Assembly: GCA_963753435.1 (NCBI GenBank)
Contig: CAVWCF010000001.1
Span: forward strand, 576,001 to 640,000
DNA: 64,000 nucleotides
Source of the DNA: an uncultured Actinomycetota bacterium
Lineage (GTDB): Bacteria > Actinomycetota > Actinomycetes > CAVWCF01
Direction of reading: 5' to 3'
Below, piece after piece: positions 1-11,301 of the stretch. The notes under the pieces are model-generated. The model did not search any database, was not told the origin of the DNA, and saw only the letters and a program-made list of their open reading frames with translations. Every line of letters starts with the position of its first letter. Within the stretch, counting starts at the first letter, position 1. Made by a program: the position numbers and the translations under genes.

Positions 1-266
1 GCGCTGATGTCGAACGCCTCGCGACGCTTGGTGCCCTTGAAGAGCAGGTGCTCGAGGAAATGGCTGGCGCCGGCCTGCGCAGCGGACTCGTCGCGAGAGC
101 CGACACCGGCCCACACGCCGATGGACACCGAGCGGACAGCCGGCACCGACTCCGTGACGATGCGCAGACCGCCAGGCAGGACTGTTCGGCGAACCACGCC
201 GCCACCGGGCTCCTCAGCCAGAGTGAGCGTCGCCCACTCCGGCTGGTCCGGCGACAGCAGCGGCAC
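1..266 (-). CDS. M16 (pitrilysin/insulinase) family zinc peptidase, 5' part; runs off window start
   Basis: Not in ORF track. Manual translation from GTG at 266, directly after the pnp stop, gives VPLLSPDQ...LPGGLRIVTE...GVGSRDE...GASHFLEHLLFKGT with the inverted zincin HxxEH motif. Usual neighbour of pnp in Actinobacteria. Confidence 0.9.
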   Translation of the reverse strand, partial: MPLLSPDQPEWATLTLAEEPGGGVVRRTVLPGGLRIVTESVPAVRSVSIGVWAGVGSRDESAAQAGASHFLEHLLFKGTKRREAFDIS

Positions 267-2453
267 TCAGGCGCCTTCGCTCACCGGGGAAAGGGACAAC
301 TTGCCACGGTCGTCGATCTCGGTGATCTCCACCTGGATCTTCTGCCCGACGTTGACGACGTCCTCCACGGACTCAACCCGCTTGCCGTCGTTCAGCTCAC
401 GCATCTTGGAGATGTGCAGCAGGCCGTCCTTGCCCGGCAGCAGCGAAATGAAGGCACCGAAGGCGGTGGTCTTGACCACTGTGCCCAGGTAGCGCTCCCC
501 GATCTCCGGCATGTGCGGGTTGGCGATCGCATTGATGCGCTCGCGTGCCGCCTCAGCCGAGGGACCGTCAACCGCACCGATGTAGACGGTGCCGTCGTCC
601 TCGATGCTGATCTCGGCGCCGGTCTCGTCCTGGATCGTGTTGATCATCTTGCCCTTCGGGCCGATGACCTCGCCGATCTTGTCGACGGGCACCCGCACGC
701 TGATGATCCGCGGCGCCAGGGGCGACATTTCCTCAGGACCGGACACGGCCTCGTTCATCACGTCGAGGATCGTCATTCGGGCGTCACGGGCCTGCGTCAG
801 TGCCTGGGCCAGCACGGAGGCCGGGATTCCATCCAGCTTCGTGTCCAACTGCAGCGCAGTGACGAACTCGCGCGTGCCGGCGACCTTGAAGTCCATGTCA
901 CCGAACGCGTCCTCCGCGCCCAAGATGTCGGTCAGCGCCAGGTACTGCGTCTCACCGTCGACCTCGTCGGAGACCAGGCCCATCGCGATGCCGGCAACCG
1001 GCGCCTTCAGCGGGACCCCGGCGTGCAGCAACGACAAGGTCGAAGCGCAGACCGAACCCATCGACGTCGAACCGTTGGAGCCGACCGCCTCACTGACCTG
1101 GCGGATCGCGTAGGGGAACTCCTCGCGCGTGGGCAGAACCGGCACCAGCGCCCGCTCGGCCAAGGCGCCGTGTCCGATCTCGCGCCGCTTCGGCGAACCC
1201 ACGCGGCCGGTCTCACCGGTCGAGTACGGCGGGAAGTTGTAGTTGTGCATGTAGCGCTTGGTCCGCTCCGGGTTCAGCGTGTCCAAGGTCTGCTCCATGC
1301 GCAGCATGTTCAGCGTGGTTACACCCATGATCTGGGTCTCACCGCGCTCGAACAGCGCGGAGCCGTGGGCCCGCGGAATGATGTCCACCTCGGCGCTCAA
1401 CTGGCGAATGTCGGTGGGGCCGCGACCGTCGATGCGGACCTTGTCGGTGAGGATGCGGCGGCGGACCAACTTCTTGGTCAGAGAGCGGAAGGCGCCGTCG
1501 ACCTCCTTCTCGCGGCCGGCGAACTCCTCCGCCAACTTGTCCTGGGTTGCGGCCCGAACGCGATCGATCTCGGCTTCGCGCTCCTGCTTGCCGGCGATCG
1601 TCAGGGCAGCGCCCAGGTCCGCAGCAGCCACGTTCTCCACGGCCGCGTAGGCATCGTCGGCGTAGTCCAGGAAGACCGGGAACTCACCGGTGGGCCGAGC
1701 CGCCTTGTCCGCGACAGCCTGCTGCGCCTGGCACAGCGACTTGATGAAGGGCTTGGCCGCCTCAAGGCCTTCGGCGACGACGTCCTCGGTGGGGGCGGTG
1801 GCTCCACCGGCAACCAAGCCGATCGTGGCGTCGGTGGCCTCAGCCTCGACCATCATGATCGCCACGTCGCCGTCAGCCAGCACGCGGCCGGCCACGACCA
1901 TGTCGAACACGGCGTTCTCAAGCTCGGAGTGGGTCGGGAAAGCGACCCAGACGCCATCGATAAGTGCCACGCGAACGCCGCCGATGGGACCGGAGAAGGG
2001 CAGCCCGGCCAACTGCGTCGACATGCTCGCGGCGTTGATGGCCAGCACGTCGTACAGGTGATCGGGGTTCAGCGAGAGCACGGTTACGACGACCTGGATC
2101 TCGTTGCGCAGCCCCTTGGTGAACGAGGGACGCAGCGGGCGGTCGATCAGGCGGCAGGTAAGGATCGCATCCTCACTGGGCCGACCCTCACGACGGAAGA
2201 ACGAGCCGGGGATGCGCCCGGCGGCGTACATCCGCTCCTCGACATCGACGGTCAGCGGGAAGAAGTCCAACTGGTCCTTCGGCCGCTTCGATGCGGTCGT
2301 GGCCGACAACACCATGGTGTCGGCGTCCAGGTAGGCGACCGTGCTGCCAGCGGCCTGGCGGGCCAGGCGGCCGGTCTCGAACGTGACGGTGCGGGTGCCG
2401 AACGGACCGTTGTCCAGAACGGCCTCGGCGGTGTAGATCTCAGAACCCGACAA
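267..2453 (-). CDS. pnp: Polyribonucleotide nucleotidyltransferase (PNPase/GpsI)
   Basis: [62 protein letters not shown]; KH and S1 domains; TTG start with GAAGGAGG SD. Confidence 0.99.
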   Translation of the reverse strand: MSGSEIYTAEAVLDNGPFGTRTVTFETGRLARQAAGSTVAYLDADTMVLSATTASKRPKDQLDFFPLTVDVEERMYAAGRIPGSFFRREGRPSEDAILTCRLIDRPLRPSFTKGLRNEIQVVVTVLSLNPDHLYDVLAINAASMSTQLAGLPFSGPIGGVRVALIDGVWVAFPTHSELENAVFDMVVAGRVLADGDVAIMMVEAEATDATIGLVAGGATAPTEDVVAEGLEAAKPFIKSLCQAQQAVADKAARPTGEFPVFLDYADDAYAAVENVAAADLGAALTIAGKQEREAEIDRVRAATQDKLAEEFAGREKEVDGAFRSLTKKLVRRRILTDKVRIDGRGPTDIRQLSAEVDIIPRAHGSALFERGETQIMGVTTLNMLRMEQTLDTLNPERTKRYMHNYNFPPYSTGETGRVGSPKRREIGHGALAERALVPVLPTREEFPYAIRQVSEAVGSNGSTSMGSVCASTLSLLHAGVPLKAPVAGIAMGLVSDEVDGETQYLALTDILGAEDAFGDMDFKVAGTREFVTALQLDTKLDGIPASVLAQALTQARDARMTILDVMNEAVSGPEEMSPLAPRIISVRVPVDKIGEVIGPKGKMINTIQDETGAEISIEDDGTVYIGAVDGPSAEAARERINAIANPHMPEIGERYLGTVVKTTAFGAFISLLPGKDGLLHISKMRELNDGKRVESVEDVVNVGQKIQVEITEIDDRGKLSLSPVSEGA

Positions 2454-2500
2454 GGGTCCTCCTTCGGGAACGGGAGGAGGCGGTGTCGGATCTCAACGTC

Positions 2501-2557
2501 CCGGTCTTCGATCGAGGGCCACGGCCATCAATGCCGGGGTCCACCACCGAGGACCGA
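2501..2557 (-). ncRNA. Actino-pnp type cis-regulatory stem-loop in pnp 5' UTR
   Basis: Minus strand reads TCGGTCCTCGGTGGTGG...CCTCGATCGAAGACCGG, whose arms pair into a long stem. Position and sequence resemble the actinobacterial pnp leader (RNase III processing stem), recalled rather than searched. Confidence 0.7.
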
Positions 2558-2618
2558 CCGTCGCTGCCTTCGGCCCCCTCGCAGGGTTGGGTTTTCAGTT
2601 GTAGGTGCAGATAAGCCG

Positions 2619-2648
2619 AAAAGGGAGTGAGTCCAACGACTCACTCCC
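2619..2648 (-). terminator. Intrinsic terminator downstream of rpsO
   Basis: Perfect 11-bp inverted repeat GGGAGTGAGTC-caac-GACTCACTCCC (2623-2648), followed on the minus strand by TTTT. Confidence 0.85.
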
Positions 2649-2652
2649 CCCG

Positions 2653-2916
2653 TCAGCGGCGCAGGCCCAGGCGCTCGATCAGCGACCGGTACCGCTGGAT
2701 GTCCTTGTCCTGCAAGTAGTCCAGCAGGCGGCGGCGACGACCGACCAGCAGCAACAGCCCACGGCGGCTGTGGTGGTCGTGGCCGTGTGTCTTCAGGTGG
2801 CCCGTCAGGTGGCTGATCCGGTGGGTCAGCAACGCGACCTGAACCTCCGGGGAGCCGGTGTCACCATCGCTGGTGCCGTACTCGTCGATGATCTGCTTCT
2901 TGGTTGCAGCGTCCAT
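2653..2916 (-). CDS. rpsO: 30S ribosomal protein S15
   Basis: [13 protein letters not shown]...[23 protein letters not shown]...LGLRR. Confidence 0.99.
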   Translation of the reverse strand: MDAATKKQIIDEYGTSDGDTGSPEVQVALLTHRISHLTGHLKTHGHDHHSRRGLLLLVGRRRRLLDYLQDKDIQRYRSLIERLGLRR

Positions 2917-3020
2917 GACTGTCCGCCGACTCCTTTCGGGGGTCGTTGCGCGGCGCGCCGGGGCAGGTTCACCCGGGCTCTCTCAGACCGCGGCCGTTGA
3001 ACGGCATCGGAAGGCTACCA
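2917..3020 (-). promoter_or_regulatory. rpsO promoter (-10 TAGCCT at ~3012-3017) and probable S15 autoregulatory leader
   Basis: TANNNT hexamer followed by a structured ~90-nt 5' UTR (CCGCGG...GCGCCGCGCA) and AAAGGAG SD. Confidence 0.5.
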
Positions 3021-3107
3021 GCGCGAGCGGCCAGCAGCCCAATCCGGCCGAGCCGCGGCGAGCCGGGCCTGGACCAGTCCGTGGGCCCCGGATCCAGTGG
3101 GGGTCGG

Positions 3108-4052
3108 CTAGCGATCGGCCAGCAGCCGGCGGACCGCGACCACGTCTTCATCCATCTGCGCCACCAACGCCTCGGCGGAGTCGAACTTCCACGTGTCCCG
3201 GATGCGGGCCAGGAATTCGACCCCCACTTGGCTGTCGTACAGATCGACATCCACATCCAGTGCGTGGGCCTCGACCCGTCGGGTCGAACCACTGAACGTC
3301 GGATTGGTCCCCACCGAGATCGCGGCCGGCCAGGCGTCGCTGCCCCGAACCAGCCGACCGGCGTACACCCCGTCCGCAGGGACCGCGGCCGCCTCCGCCG
3401 CGCTGACGTTGGCCGTCGGGTACCCCAGCGCCCGGCCGCGCCGGTCCCCGGTCACCACGACACCGTCAAGTCGATGCGGTCGCCCCAGTGCCAGTGCCGC
3501 TTCCTCGACCTGCCCAGCCAGGACTCGTTCGCGCACGTAGGAGGAGGAGAACGTGCCCCCGGAGGTCCCGACCAGCGGGACCCCCTCGACGGCGAACCCG
3601 ACCGCCGCGCCGATCTCCGTGAGCGTGTCGAGGTCGCCCGCGGCGCGGTGGCCAAAACGGAAGTTCGAGCCCACCACCACGGCCGTTGCCGCCAATGCGC
3701 CGCGCAGCACCGAATCCACGAACTCGCGCGGCTGCAGTCGGCTCAGTTCCTCGGTGAACGACAGCACCACGACCTCGTCCACCCCGCATTCCTTCAGCAG
3801 CTGGGCGCGGCGCGGAACAGTCGTCAGCAACGGGACCCGATGTCCGGGCCGCAGCACCGTGACCGGGTGCGGATCGAAAGTGAGGGCAACGGCCCTGACT
3901 CCGAGTCGGCGGGCCAGGCCTACTGCGTGACCGACGATCACCTGATGACCACGGTGGACCCCGTCGAAGACGCCGACGGTGACAACTGACGGCGCGGCGG
4001 GGAGTTCCGCCAACTCGGTCCAGCCCCGATCCACGGGCGGCAAGCCTGCCAC
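3108..4052 (-). CDS. ribF: Bifunctional riboflavin kinase/FAD synthetase
   Basis: GVFDGVHRGH, GDRRGRALGYPTAN, ISVGTNPTF motifs. Confidence 0.98.
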   Translation of the reverse strand: MAGLPPVDRGWTELAELPAAPSVVTVGVFDGVHRGHQVIVGHAVGLARRLGVRAVALTFDPHPVTVLRPGHRVPLLTTVPRRAQLLKECGVDEVVVLSFTEELSRLQPREFVDSVLRGALAATAVVVGSNFRFGHRAAGDLDTLTEIGAAVGFAVEGVPLVGTSGGTFSSSYVRERVLAGQVEEAALALGRPHRLDGVVVTGDRRGRALGYPTANVSAAEAAAVPADGVYAGRLVRGSDAWPAAISVGTNPTFSGSTRRVEAHALDVDVDLYDSQVGVEFLARIRDTWKFDSAEALVAQMDEDVVAVRRLLADR

Positions 4053-4057
4053 GAGCC

Positions 4058-4927
4058 CTAGACGAAGACCGCAAGCGGCTTGAGTCGGTCGTCGTCCTCG
4101 GCCATCAACGCCAAGGGCGCGTCGCCAGGTCCGAACACCGCGATCGGACCGTCCGCGCCGATGGCCGGGAGGCTGCGCCCATGCCCCACTGCGGTGGCCG
4201 ACTCCGCATCCACATCGAGGCGGGCGAAGTTGCGATCCAGCGCCTCAGCCAGTGGGAGCACCTTCGGGTCCCGCTCGAAGTCCTCGAGTTCCTGGCACTC
4301 CCCTACGTCAACCGAGCCGGACCGGGTCCGTCGAAGTTCTCGCAAGTGCCCGCCGACTCCAAGGTCTGCGCCGAGGTCGCGGGCCAGGGCCCGGATGTAG
4401 GTGCCCGCGGAGCAGGTGACGGACACGGCCACGTCCAAGTAGTCGCCGACCTCGGCAACGTCCCGCACCTCGAAACGACTGACTGTGACCGTGCGCGCAG
4501 GCAACTCGACCGTCTCGCCGGACCGAACCCGCTCATAGGACCGTCGGCCCCCGACCTTGATCGCGCTGACCGAACTGGGTACCTGCTCGATCACTCCGGT
4601 CAAGCCAGCCACGGCGGCGTCTAGGTCGGCGGGTGGCACGGATGCAGTTGCTCGGCTGAGGACTTCGCCTTCGGCGTCGTCGGTGGTGGTGGCTTCTCCC
4701 AGCCGGATCACCGCGTCGTAGTCCTTATCGGCAACCGTTAGATACCCCAGCAGCCGGGTGGCACGGCCGATCCCGAGCACCAGGACGCCGGTAGCCATGG
4801 GATCCAGCGTGCCCGCGTGCCCGACCCGACGTGTCCGCAGGATGCGTCGACACCGACCGACAACATCGTGGCTGGTCATGCCCGACGGCTTGTCCAGCAG
4901 CGCGATGCCATCGACGGTTCCGGTCAC
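4058..4927 (-). CDS. truB: tRNA pseudouridine(55) synthase
   Basis: DKPSGMTSHDVV, VGHAGTLDPMATGVL, CSAGTYIRALARDLG. Confidence 0.98.
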   Translation of the reverse strand: MTGTVDGIALLDKPSGMTSHDVVGRCRRILRTRRVGHAGTLDPMATGVLVLGIGRATRLLGYLTVADKDYDAVIRLGEATTTDDAEGEVLSRATASVPPADLDAAVAGLTGVIEQVPSSVSAIKVGGRRSYERVRSGETVELPARTVTVSRFEVRDVAEVGDYLDVAVSVTCSAGTYIRALARDLGADLGVGGHLRELRRTRSGSVDVGECQELEDFERDPKVLPLAEALDRNFARLDVDAESATAVGHGRSLPAIGADGPIAVFGPGDAPLALMAEDDDRLKPLAVFV

Positions 4928-5355
4928 GCCTCTTCGGCCGGTCGTGGCGGGCGGTAGGGATCAGGCTCGCCGACCGGTTGCGCGGTCGCGGCCTCCCGGT
5001 GCACCCGCTCGTCGTCGGCGGCTGCGGCCTTCAGCAGTTCCTCGATGTGGTGGGCGTTCTCCGGAACAGCGTCGGCCACGAACGCCAGGAAGGGGGTGAA
5101 CTTGACTCCGGTCCGCCGCCCGACCTCGCTGCGCAGCAAGCCACGCGACGACTCCAGCGCAGCTGCCGTCCCGGCGGAGTCCGACTCCGCGCCGAACACG
5201 GTGTAGAACACCGTCGCTTCGCGCAGATCCGCGGTCACGCGGGCATCGGTGATGGTCACGAAGCCCAGCCGCGGATCCTTGATCCGGCGCTCCAGCGTCT
5301 CGGCGACGATCTCCTTGATGCGCTCCGCCAACCGGCGGGCTCGCTCCTCGCTCAT
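4924..5355 (-). CDS. rbfA: Ribosome-binding factor A
   Basis: RARRLAERIKEIVA...IKDPRLGFVTITDARVTADLREATVFY. Confidence 0.98.
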   Translation of the reverse strand: MSEERARRLAERIKEIVAETLERRIKDPRLGFVTITDARVTADLREATVFYTVFGAESDSAGTAAALESSRGLLRSEVGRRTGVKFTPFLAFVADAVPENAHHIEELLKAAAADDERVHREAATAQPVGEPDPYRPPRPAEEA

Positions 5356-5648
5356 TCGTCCTCCTCCGAGTAGATCCGCCGTCGAGCCGACAGAACTTCC
5401 AGCTCCGGACGCTCTGCTACTGCCCGTTCACATGTGTCCAACACCTCGCCGCAGTGGCCCGCGTCCGCGGACACCACGGCGACCCCGATCAGCGCCCGCC
5501 GATGCAGATCCACGTGCCCGGCCTCGGCGGCGGCCACCCCGAAGCGCCGGCGCAGGTCGGCCAGCACCGGTCGGATGACCGATCGCTTCTGCTTCAGCGA
5601 ATGGACGTCACCAAGCAACACGTCCAGCGCCAATGTGCCGACATACAT
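5352..5648 (-). CDS. DUF503 (YlxP) family protein
   Basis: MYVGTL..D...DVHSLKQKRSVIRP; conserved position between infB and rbfA. Confidence 0.9.
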   Translation of the reverse strand: MYVGTLALDVLLGDVHSLKQKRSVIRPVLADLRRRFGVAAAEAGHVDLHRRALIGVAVVSADAGHCGEVLDTCERAVAERPELEVLSARRRIYSEEDE

Positions 5649-5663
5649 GCCCACCTCGCCGGG

Positions 5664-8375
5664 CTAGGCCCGCGGCTTCTCGCGCATCTCGTAGGTCTCG
5701 ATCATGTCGCCAACCTTGATGTCGTTGAAGCCACCGAGGTTGATACCGCACTCGAAGCCATCGCGGACCTCGCTCACATCGTCCTTGAAGCGGCGAAGTC
5801 CGGCGATTTCCAGGCTCTCCGCGACAACCGCGCCGTCACGGACGAGGCGTGCCTTGGAACTGCGCTTGATCTCGCCGGAGCGGACCAGGCAGCCGGCAAC
5901 AGTGCCGAACTTGGACGACCGGTACGTCTCCTGGACCTCCGCCGCGCCGAGAGCAACCTCTTCGAACTCCGGCTTGAGCAGGCCCTTGAGCGCCGCCTCG
6001 ATCTCCTCGATGGCGGAGTAGATGACGCTGTAGTAGCGAATCTCCACGCCCTCGCGGTCAGCCAGCTCGCTGGCCTTGCCCTGTGGCCGCACGTTGAAGC
6101 CGATGATCACCGCGTCCGATGCGGCCGCCAGCATCACGTTGGTCTCTGTGATGGCACCGACGCCACGGTCAATGATCCGCAGCGCGACGTCCTCACCGAC
6201 ATCGATCTTGACGAGGGCGTCCTCCAGTGCTTCCACCGAACCGGAGACGTCACCCTTGAGGATGAGCCGCAACTCCGCGGTCTCGCCTTCGGACATGGAC
6301 TTGAGGAAGTCCTCCAACGTCCGCCGACCACGGGACGCGGCCAGTTGGGCGTTGCGCTCCCGCGCCGCACGCGTCTGGGCGATCTGGCGGGCTACCCGAT
6401 CCTCCGGGACCACCAACAGGTTGTCACCGGCGCCGGGAACCGACGTGAGGCCGAGGACCTGGGCCGGCCGCGACGGGCCCGCCTCCGTCAACGGCTCGCC
6501 GTGCTCATCGAGCAGCGCCCGGACCCGGCCGTGTGCCTCGCCGACCACGATGGAGTCGCCCGGCCGCAGCGTGCCGCGCTGGACCAGAACAGTGGCGACC
6601 GCACCGCGGCCACGGTCCAGATGCGCTTCGATGGCCACACCCTGGGCTGGCATTTCGGGATTGGCATGCAATTCCAGGGCCGCGTCCGCGGTCAGCAGAA
6701 CGGCCTCCAGCAGCTGGGTCAGCCCGGTGCCCTCCTTGGCCGAGACGTCGACGAACATCGTTTCCCCGCCGAAGTCCTCAGCGACGAGGCCGTACTCGGT
6801 CAACTGGCCGCGGACCTTGGTCGGGTCAGCGCCTTCCTTGTCCACCTTGTTGACGGCGACCACGATCGGCACCTCGGCAGCCTGGGCGTGGTTCAGAGCC
6901 TCAATCGTCTGCGGCTTGACCCCGTCGTCGGCGGCGACCACCAGGATCGCGATGTCGGTGACCTGGGCACCACGGGCACGCATGGCCGTGAAGGCCTCGT
7001 GACCTGGGGTGTCGATGAACGTGATCGCTCGCTCGTTGCCCTCGGCGTCAGCAGCGGCGACCTGGTAGGCACCGATGTGCTGGGTGATGCCGCCGGCCTC
7101 GCCGGCCACGACGTTGGCATCGCGGATGGCGTCCAGCAACTTCGTCTTACCGTGGTCGACGTGACCCATGACCGTGACGACCGGCGGGCGCGGCTCGAGG
7201 TACTCAGCGGCCCCTTCCTCGCCGAACTCCAGGTCGAAGGACTCCAGCAGTTCGCGGTCCTCGTCCTCCGGTGAGACCACCTGCACGTCGTAATTCAGCT
7301 CCGACCCCAGCAGGGTCAACGTGTCGTCGGACAGCGACTGCGTTGCCGTCGCCATCTCACCGAGGTGCAGCAGCGCCGAGACCAGCGCCGCCGGATTCGC
7401 ATCGATCTTCTCCGCGAAGTCGGTCAGCGAAGAACCTCGCGGAAGTCGCACGACCTGACCGCTACCGGTCGGGACGCGCGCGCCACCCAGGGTGGGTGCG
7501 TCCATGTTGTCGAACTCTTGGCGCTTGGCCTTGCGCGACTTGCGGCTCTTGGCCGGGCGACCACCAGGCCGGCCGAATGCGCCACCGACACCGCCACGAC
7601 CACGGCCGCCGCCACCGCGACCGGGAGGCGGACCACCAGGTCCACCACCGAAGCCACCGCGACCGCCACCGGGGCCACCGCCAGGTCCACCACCGGGGCC
7701 ACCGCCACCACCTGGGCGCGCCGGCGCATACCCGCCGCCGCCACCGCCGGGACGGCTGGCGGGACGCCCGGGGGCACCCGCCGGGGCTCCGGGACGAGGC
7801 CGCCCACCGGGGGCGGGGCGTCCAGGTGCGCCGGGACGACCCACGGGCCGTGGACGGGGCGGCATCATTCCGGGGTTCGGCCGCGGCGGGAGCCCGGTGT
7901 CACCGGTGCTGTACGGGTTGTTGCCCGGCCGCGGCGCGGCTGGGCGACTCACGAATGGGTTGTTGCCTGGCCGGGGCGAGCCGGGTCGCGGAGCGGGACG
8001 CGGCGCCGCGGCCGCGGGGGCGGCCGGAGTCGGCGGAGCCGCCGGAGGCGGCGTGGCGGGTGCGGCCGCAGCGGCCGGGGTCACCACAGCTGGTCCGGCT
8101 CCGTCGTCGCCGGAGTCACCTGCGTCCGGCGTAACCGGCTCCGGAGCCGGAGTCACCGCCTTCTTGGCGGCCTTCTTTGCCGTCTTCTTCGCTGGTGCCT
8201 CGCCGGCGCCCGCTGCCGGTGCCGGGAAGGCTTCCTTCAGCTTCTTGATTACGGGCGGCTCAACGGTGGAGGACGCCGAACGGACGAATTCGCCCATGTC
8301 TTTCAGCTTGGCGACGATCTCTTTGGATTCAACGCCCAACTCGCGTGCGAGTTCATAGACCCGGACCTTGGCCAC
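5664..8375 (-). CDS. infB: Translation initiation factor IF-2
   Basis: [15 protein letters not shown]-terminus, Pro/Gly-rich linker, [29 protein letters not shown]. Confidence 0.99.
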   Translation of the reverse strand: MAKVRVYELARELGVESKEIVAKLKDMGEFVRSASSTVEPPVIKKLKEAFPAPAAGAGEAPAKKTAKKAAKKAVTPAPEPVTPDAGDSGDDGAGPAVVTPAAAAAPATPPPAAPPTPAAPAAAAPRPAPRPGSPRPGNNPFVSRPAAPRPGNNPYSTGDTGLPPRPNPGMMPPRPRPVGRPGAPGRPAPGGRPRPGAPAGAPGRPASRPGGGGGGYAPARPGGGGGPGGGPGGGPGGGRGGFGGGPGGPPPGRGGGGRGRGGVGGAFGRPGGRPAKSRKSRKAKRQEFDNMDAPTLGGARVPTGSGQVVRLPRGSSLTDFAEKIDANPAALVSALLHLGEMATATQSLSDDTLTLLGSELNYDVQVVSPEDEDRELLESFDLEFGEEGAAEYLEPRPPVVTVMGHVDHGKTKLLDAIRDANVVAGEAGGITQHIGAYQVAAADAEGNERAITFIDTPGHEAFTAMRARGAQVTDIAILVVAADDGVKPQTIEALNHAQAAEVPIVVAVNKVDKEGADPTKVRGQLTEYGLVAEDFGGETMFVDVSAKEGTGLTQLLEAVLLTADAALELHANPEMPAQGVAIEAHLDRGRGAVATVLVQRGTLRPGDSIVVGEAHGRVRALLDEHGEPLTEAGPSRPAQVLGLTSVPGAGDNLLVVPEDRVARQIAQTRAARERNAQLAASRGRRTLEDFLKSMSEGETAELRLILKGDVSGSVEALEDALVKIDVGEDVALRIIDRGVGAITETNVMLAAASDAVIIGFNVRPQGKASELADREGVEIRYYSVIYSAIEEIEAALKGLLKPEFEEVALGAAEVQETYRSSKFGTVAGCLVRSGEIKRSSKARLVRDGAVVAESLEIAGLRRFKDDVSEVRDGFECGINLGGFNDIKVGDMIETYEMREKPRA

Positions 8376-8450
8376 AGTGCTCCTGTCATGGCCCGGGGGT
8401 GAAACCGAGCCTCAGTCGATAGTTCTCATCGTGCGGTGCTCATCGCGCAG

Positions 8451-8759
8451 TCATGTCGTCGCGACCTGCTCTCCGACTCGGTTGGCTGAGGACGAGCCAC
8501 TGCTGACGTAGTCGGCCAGGGCGGAGAAGTCGACGGGCCCGTTCACCCGTAGCGCACGGGCGAAAGCCCGCCTCCGCACTGCCGCCTGCAGGCATTCGGC
8601 TCGTGGGTGTAGAGACGCCCCACGACCCGGCAGCCTGCCCGCCGGATCCGGGATCAACGCCCCAGCCACGGCTACGACACGCAGCAACTCAACCTTGGCG
8701 GCCCGCTCACGACACCCCACACAGGTGCGCACGGGAGTTGTTGACGAGCCGCTGGTCAC
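8451..8759 (-). CDS. YlxR/DUF448 family RNA-binding protein
   Basis: PVRTCVGCR...ELLRVV...PGRGASLHP; lies between nusA and infB. Confidence 0.9.
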   Translation of the reverse strand: MTSGSSTTPVRTCVGCRERAAKVELLRVVAVAGALIPDPAGRLPGRGASLHPRAECLQAAVRRRAFARALRVNGPVDFSALADYVSSGSSSANRVGEQVATT

Positions 8760-8762
8760 CGG

Positions 8763-9797
8763 TCAGTGTACCGCGCCGGATGGGTTCAGCCCGCCTGCCT
8801 CGTCGGATCCCGCTTCGCTCACTGCGGTTGCTTCGCCACCGTCACCGCGGATGTCGATTCGCCACCCGGTCAGTCGAGCTGCCAGCCGGGCGTTCTGCCC
8901 CTCCCGGCCGATAGCCAGCGAGAGCTGGTAGTCCGGCACCGTGACCCTGGCCGCCTGCGCCACCGGATCCACCACCACTACTTCTGACGCGTGCGCCGGG
9001 CTGAGGGCGTTGCCGACGAAGGTGCCCGGGTCCGGGTCGTAGTCGATGATGTCGATCTTCTCGCCGCCGAGTTCGGCCATTACCGCCCGCACCCGGGCTC
9101 CCATCGGACCGATGCAGGCGCCCTTGGCGCTGACCGCGGGGTCGGTCGAGCGAACCGCGATCTTGGTTCGGTGCCCGGCCTCTCTGGCGACGGCCTCGAT
9201 CACAACGGTCCCGTCGGCGACCTCCGGTGACTCCAGCGCGAACAACTTGCGCACTAGGTCCGGGTGGGTGCGGCTCAGGGTCACCTGTGGCCCCCGCAGG
9301 CCACGGCGGACCGAGACGATCAGACACCGAACCCGCTCCCCATGGGGGTACTTCTCCCCCGGCGACTGCTCCGCCGGCGGCAGCAGAGCCTCCAGCTTGC
9401 CGATGTCGACGAGGACGTCCCGCGGGTCCCGGCCTTGCTGGATCACCCCGGCGACGAGGTCGCCTTCCCGGCCGGCGAACTCTCCGTACGTCGCCTCATC
9501 GCTGGCTTCCCGAAGCCGCTGCAGGATCACTTGTTTGGCGGTCGAAGCGGCGATGCGCCCAAACCCCTCCGGGGTGTCGTCCCACTCCCGGCGCACAGCG
9601 CCCTCGTCGTCCAGCTCCTGCGCAAAGACAGTGACGTGTCCGCTCTTTCGATCCAACTCCACGCGGGCGTGTGGCTGCGACTGCGGCGTGTGCTGGTAGG
9701 CGACCAATAGGGCCGACTCAATCGCTGTTGAGAGGACCTCCCAAGAGAGGTCCCGCTCGCGGACCAGCGCCTTCAGCGCCGCCACATCAATATCCAC
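8763..9797 (-). CDS. nusA: Transcription termination/antitermination factor NusA
   Basis: [67 protein letters not shown]. Start reset to GTG 9797, just after the rimP stop. Confidence 0.97.
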   Translation of the reverse strand: MDIDVAALKALVRERDLSWEVLSTAIESALLVAYQHTPQSQPHARVELDRKSGHVTVFAQELDDEGAVRREWDDTPEGFGRIAASTAKQVILQRLREASDEATYGEFAGREGDLVAGVIQQGRDPRDVLVDIGKLEALLPPAEQSPGEKYPHGERVRCLIVSVRRGLRGPQVTLSRTHPDLVRKLFALESPEVADGTVVIEAVAREAGHRTKIAVRSTDPAVSAKGACIGPMGARVRAVMAELGGEKIDIIDYDPDPGTFVGNALSPAHASEVVVVDPVAQAARVTVPDYQLSLAIGREGQNARLAARLTGWRIDIRGDGGEATAVSEAGSDEAGGLNPSGAVH

Positions 9798-9798
9798 G

Positions 9799-10272
9799 TC
9801 ACGATCCCTTCGGCGGCTTGCGGTTGAACTCCACCTGGACGACGGCCTTGGCGACATCGGCATACCGCACAACCGCCGGACCGTCTGGCGTGTCCAACGT
9901 GGCCGACTTGTCTCCGGCGTCCCGGACCCGGCCGGTGATCGGGCTGCCGCCATCAGCGAAAGTGACATTGACCAGACGGTCGTGCGCTCGGGCCCAGTGT
10001 CGCTGGGTCCGCAGCGGACGACTGATGCCCGGTGAGGTGACCTCAAGCGTGTACGGCCCATCCGCCAGCACCTCAGTGGCGTCCAGCCGCTCGGATATCG
10101 CCCGGCTGACGGCAGCTACCGCGTCCAGATCGACTCCGTTGTCGGCGTCAACGATCACCCGAACCACCCGGCGCTTGCCAGCGCTGGAGATCTCCACATC
10201 CTCCAGATCCACCCCCGCGTCGGCGACGGCCGGCGCGATCGCGTCTCGAACCGCTGCTGTGGGGTCTGACAC
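9799..10272 (-). CDS. rimP: Ribosome maturation factor RimP
   Basis: [14 protein letters not shown] motif; start reset to GTG 10272 with GGGAGG SD. Confidence 0.95.
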   Translation of the reverse strand: MSDPTAAVRDAIAPAVADAGVDLEDVEISSAGKRRVVRVIVDADNGVDLDAVAAVSRAISERLDATEVLADGPYTLEVTSPGISRPLRTQRHWARAHDRLVNVTFADGGSPITGRVRDAGDKSATLDTPDGPAVVRYADVAKAVVQVEFNRKPPKGS

Positions 10273-10366
10273 CGCTGGACCTCCCTGTGTGCTCTTGTGG
10301 CAGTCAGCGTAGCCGCGAACCATGCTTGCTTCGGAGCGCCGGTCCGTACCTGCCATGCTGCGCGCC

Positions 10367-10858
10367 GTGCCACAAGGATCAGTCTCGCGCCGCTCCGTCC
10401 TGGCCGGCGGAGCACTGCTGCTGACCGGCGCCATGCTGGGCTGCACCGAGGGCGACCGGACCCAACCAACCCCGTCGGGCAGTCCCGACCCGGACGCGGA
10501 CGCGTTGCGCGCGGCCTTGGCGCGGGAGGACGAGTTGCTCGCCGCCTACGCCGCGGCCGTCGCGAACTCCCCCGCAACTGCCGACACGGCCGGGCTCGCG
10601 GAGATCGCCACCCGACACGAGTTGCACCGAACCGCCGTCCTGAGCGCCCTCGCTACCGCTGGGACGCCCGCGACGCCATCGGCATCGACTCTCCCGACGC
10701 CTCCGGACGCGGACACCCAGGACTTGGCACGGTTGGAGGCCGAGGCCGCCGTAGCTGGTCGCGCCGCGGCCAACCAGGTGGCCGCCGGCGACCTGGCCGG
10801 CCTGTTGGCGGCGATCGCAGCGGCCGAAGGCGCAAACGCCGTGGAGTTGGGTGCATGA
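10367..10858 (+). CDS. Tat-signal lipoprotein, Ala-rich, probable ferritin-like fold
   Basis: SRRSVL twin-arginine motif, hydrophobic stretch, lipobox MLGC. ATGA overlap with the downstream gene. Start could be 10355 or 10367. Confidence 0.75.
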   Translation: MPQGSVSRRSVLAGGALLLTGAMLGCTEGDRTQPTPSGSPDPDADALRAALAREDELLAAYAAAVANSPATADTAGLAEIATRHELHRTAVLSALATAGTPATPSASTLPTPPDADTQDLARLEAEAAVAGRAAANQVAAGDLAGLLAAIAAAEGANAVELGA

Positions 10859-11277
10859 GCGACGCGAACGCGCTGCAGGAGGCGCTCGCCGATGAGCACG
10901 CGGTCATCTACGGCTACGGCGTGGCCGGACCGAGACTGCAGGGGGCCGACCGCGCCGCGGCAGACGCTGGATTCGACGCCCACCGGCTGCGGCGTGAGCG
11001 CCTAGCCGAACTGGTGGCGGCCGCCGGTGAAACACCAGTTGCCCCGGCCGCGGCCTACGAACTGCCCTTCGCCGTGGAATCTGCCGCGGATGCGCGCCGG
11101 TTGATCGCACTGCTAGAAGCTGGGATCTCCGACCGCTACTACGACCTCGTGCTCACCGCAGCCACGGGCGAACGATCCGAACCGGTCGACTGGCTCAGTG
11201 ATTCCGCGGCTCAGCGCGCCCGGTTCGACGGCGGCATCGCGGCTTTCCCTGGCGCGCCAAGCCCGCTCGTGCCCTAA
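10855..11277 (+). CDS. Ferritin-like DUF4439 domain protein
   Basis: ALQEALADEHAVIYGYGV...AHRLRRERL...AAYELPFAV...AFPG; conserved actinobacterial position between rimP and proS. Start reset to ATG 10855. Confidence 0.85.
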   Translation: MSDANALQEALADEHAVIYGYGVAGPRLQGADRAAADAGFDAHRLRRERLAELVAAAGETPVAPAAAYELPFAVESAADARRLIALLEAGISDRYYDLVLTAATGERSEPVDWLSDSAAQRARFDGGIAAFPGAPSPLVP

Positions 11278-11301
11278 CCGGCCGCGTCGAGCCCGTCTGC
11301 A

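Noticed and set aside
48-2630. 860-aa plus-strand ORF antisense to pnp, and similar long antisense ORFs (5454-7274, 26725-28248, 33122-34798, 54970-56703, 58218-59759)
   Set aside because: Shadow frames of high-GC genes with strong codon bias; no recognisable motifs and fully overlapping well-supported genes.
7530-8230. Gly/Pro-rich low-complexity repeats
   Set aside because: Normal disordered N-terminal linker of actinobacterial IF-2, not a separate element.
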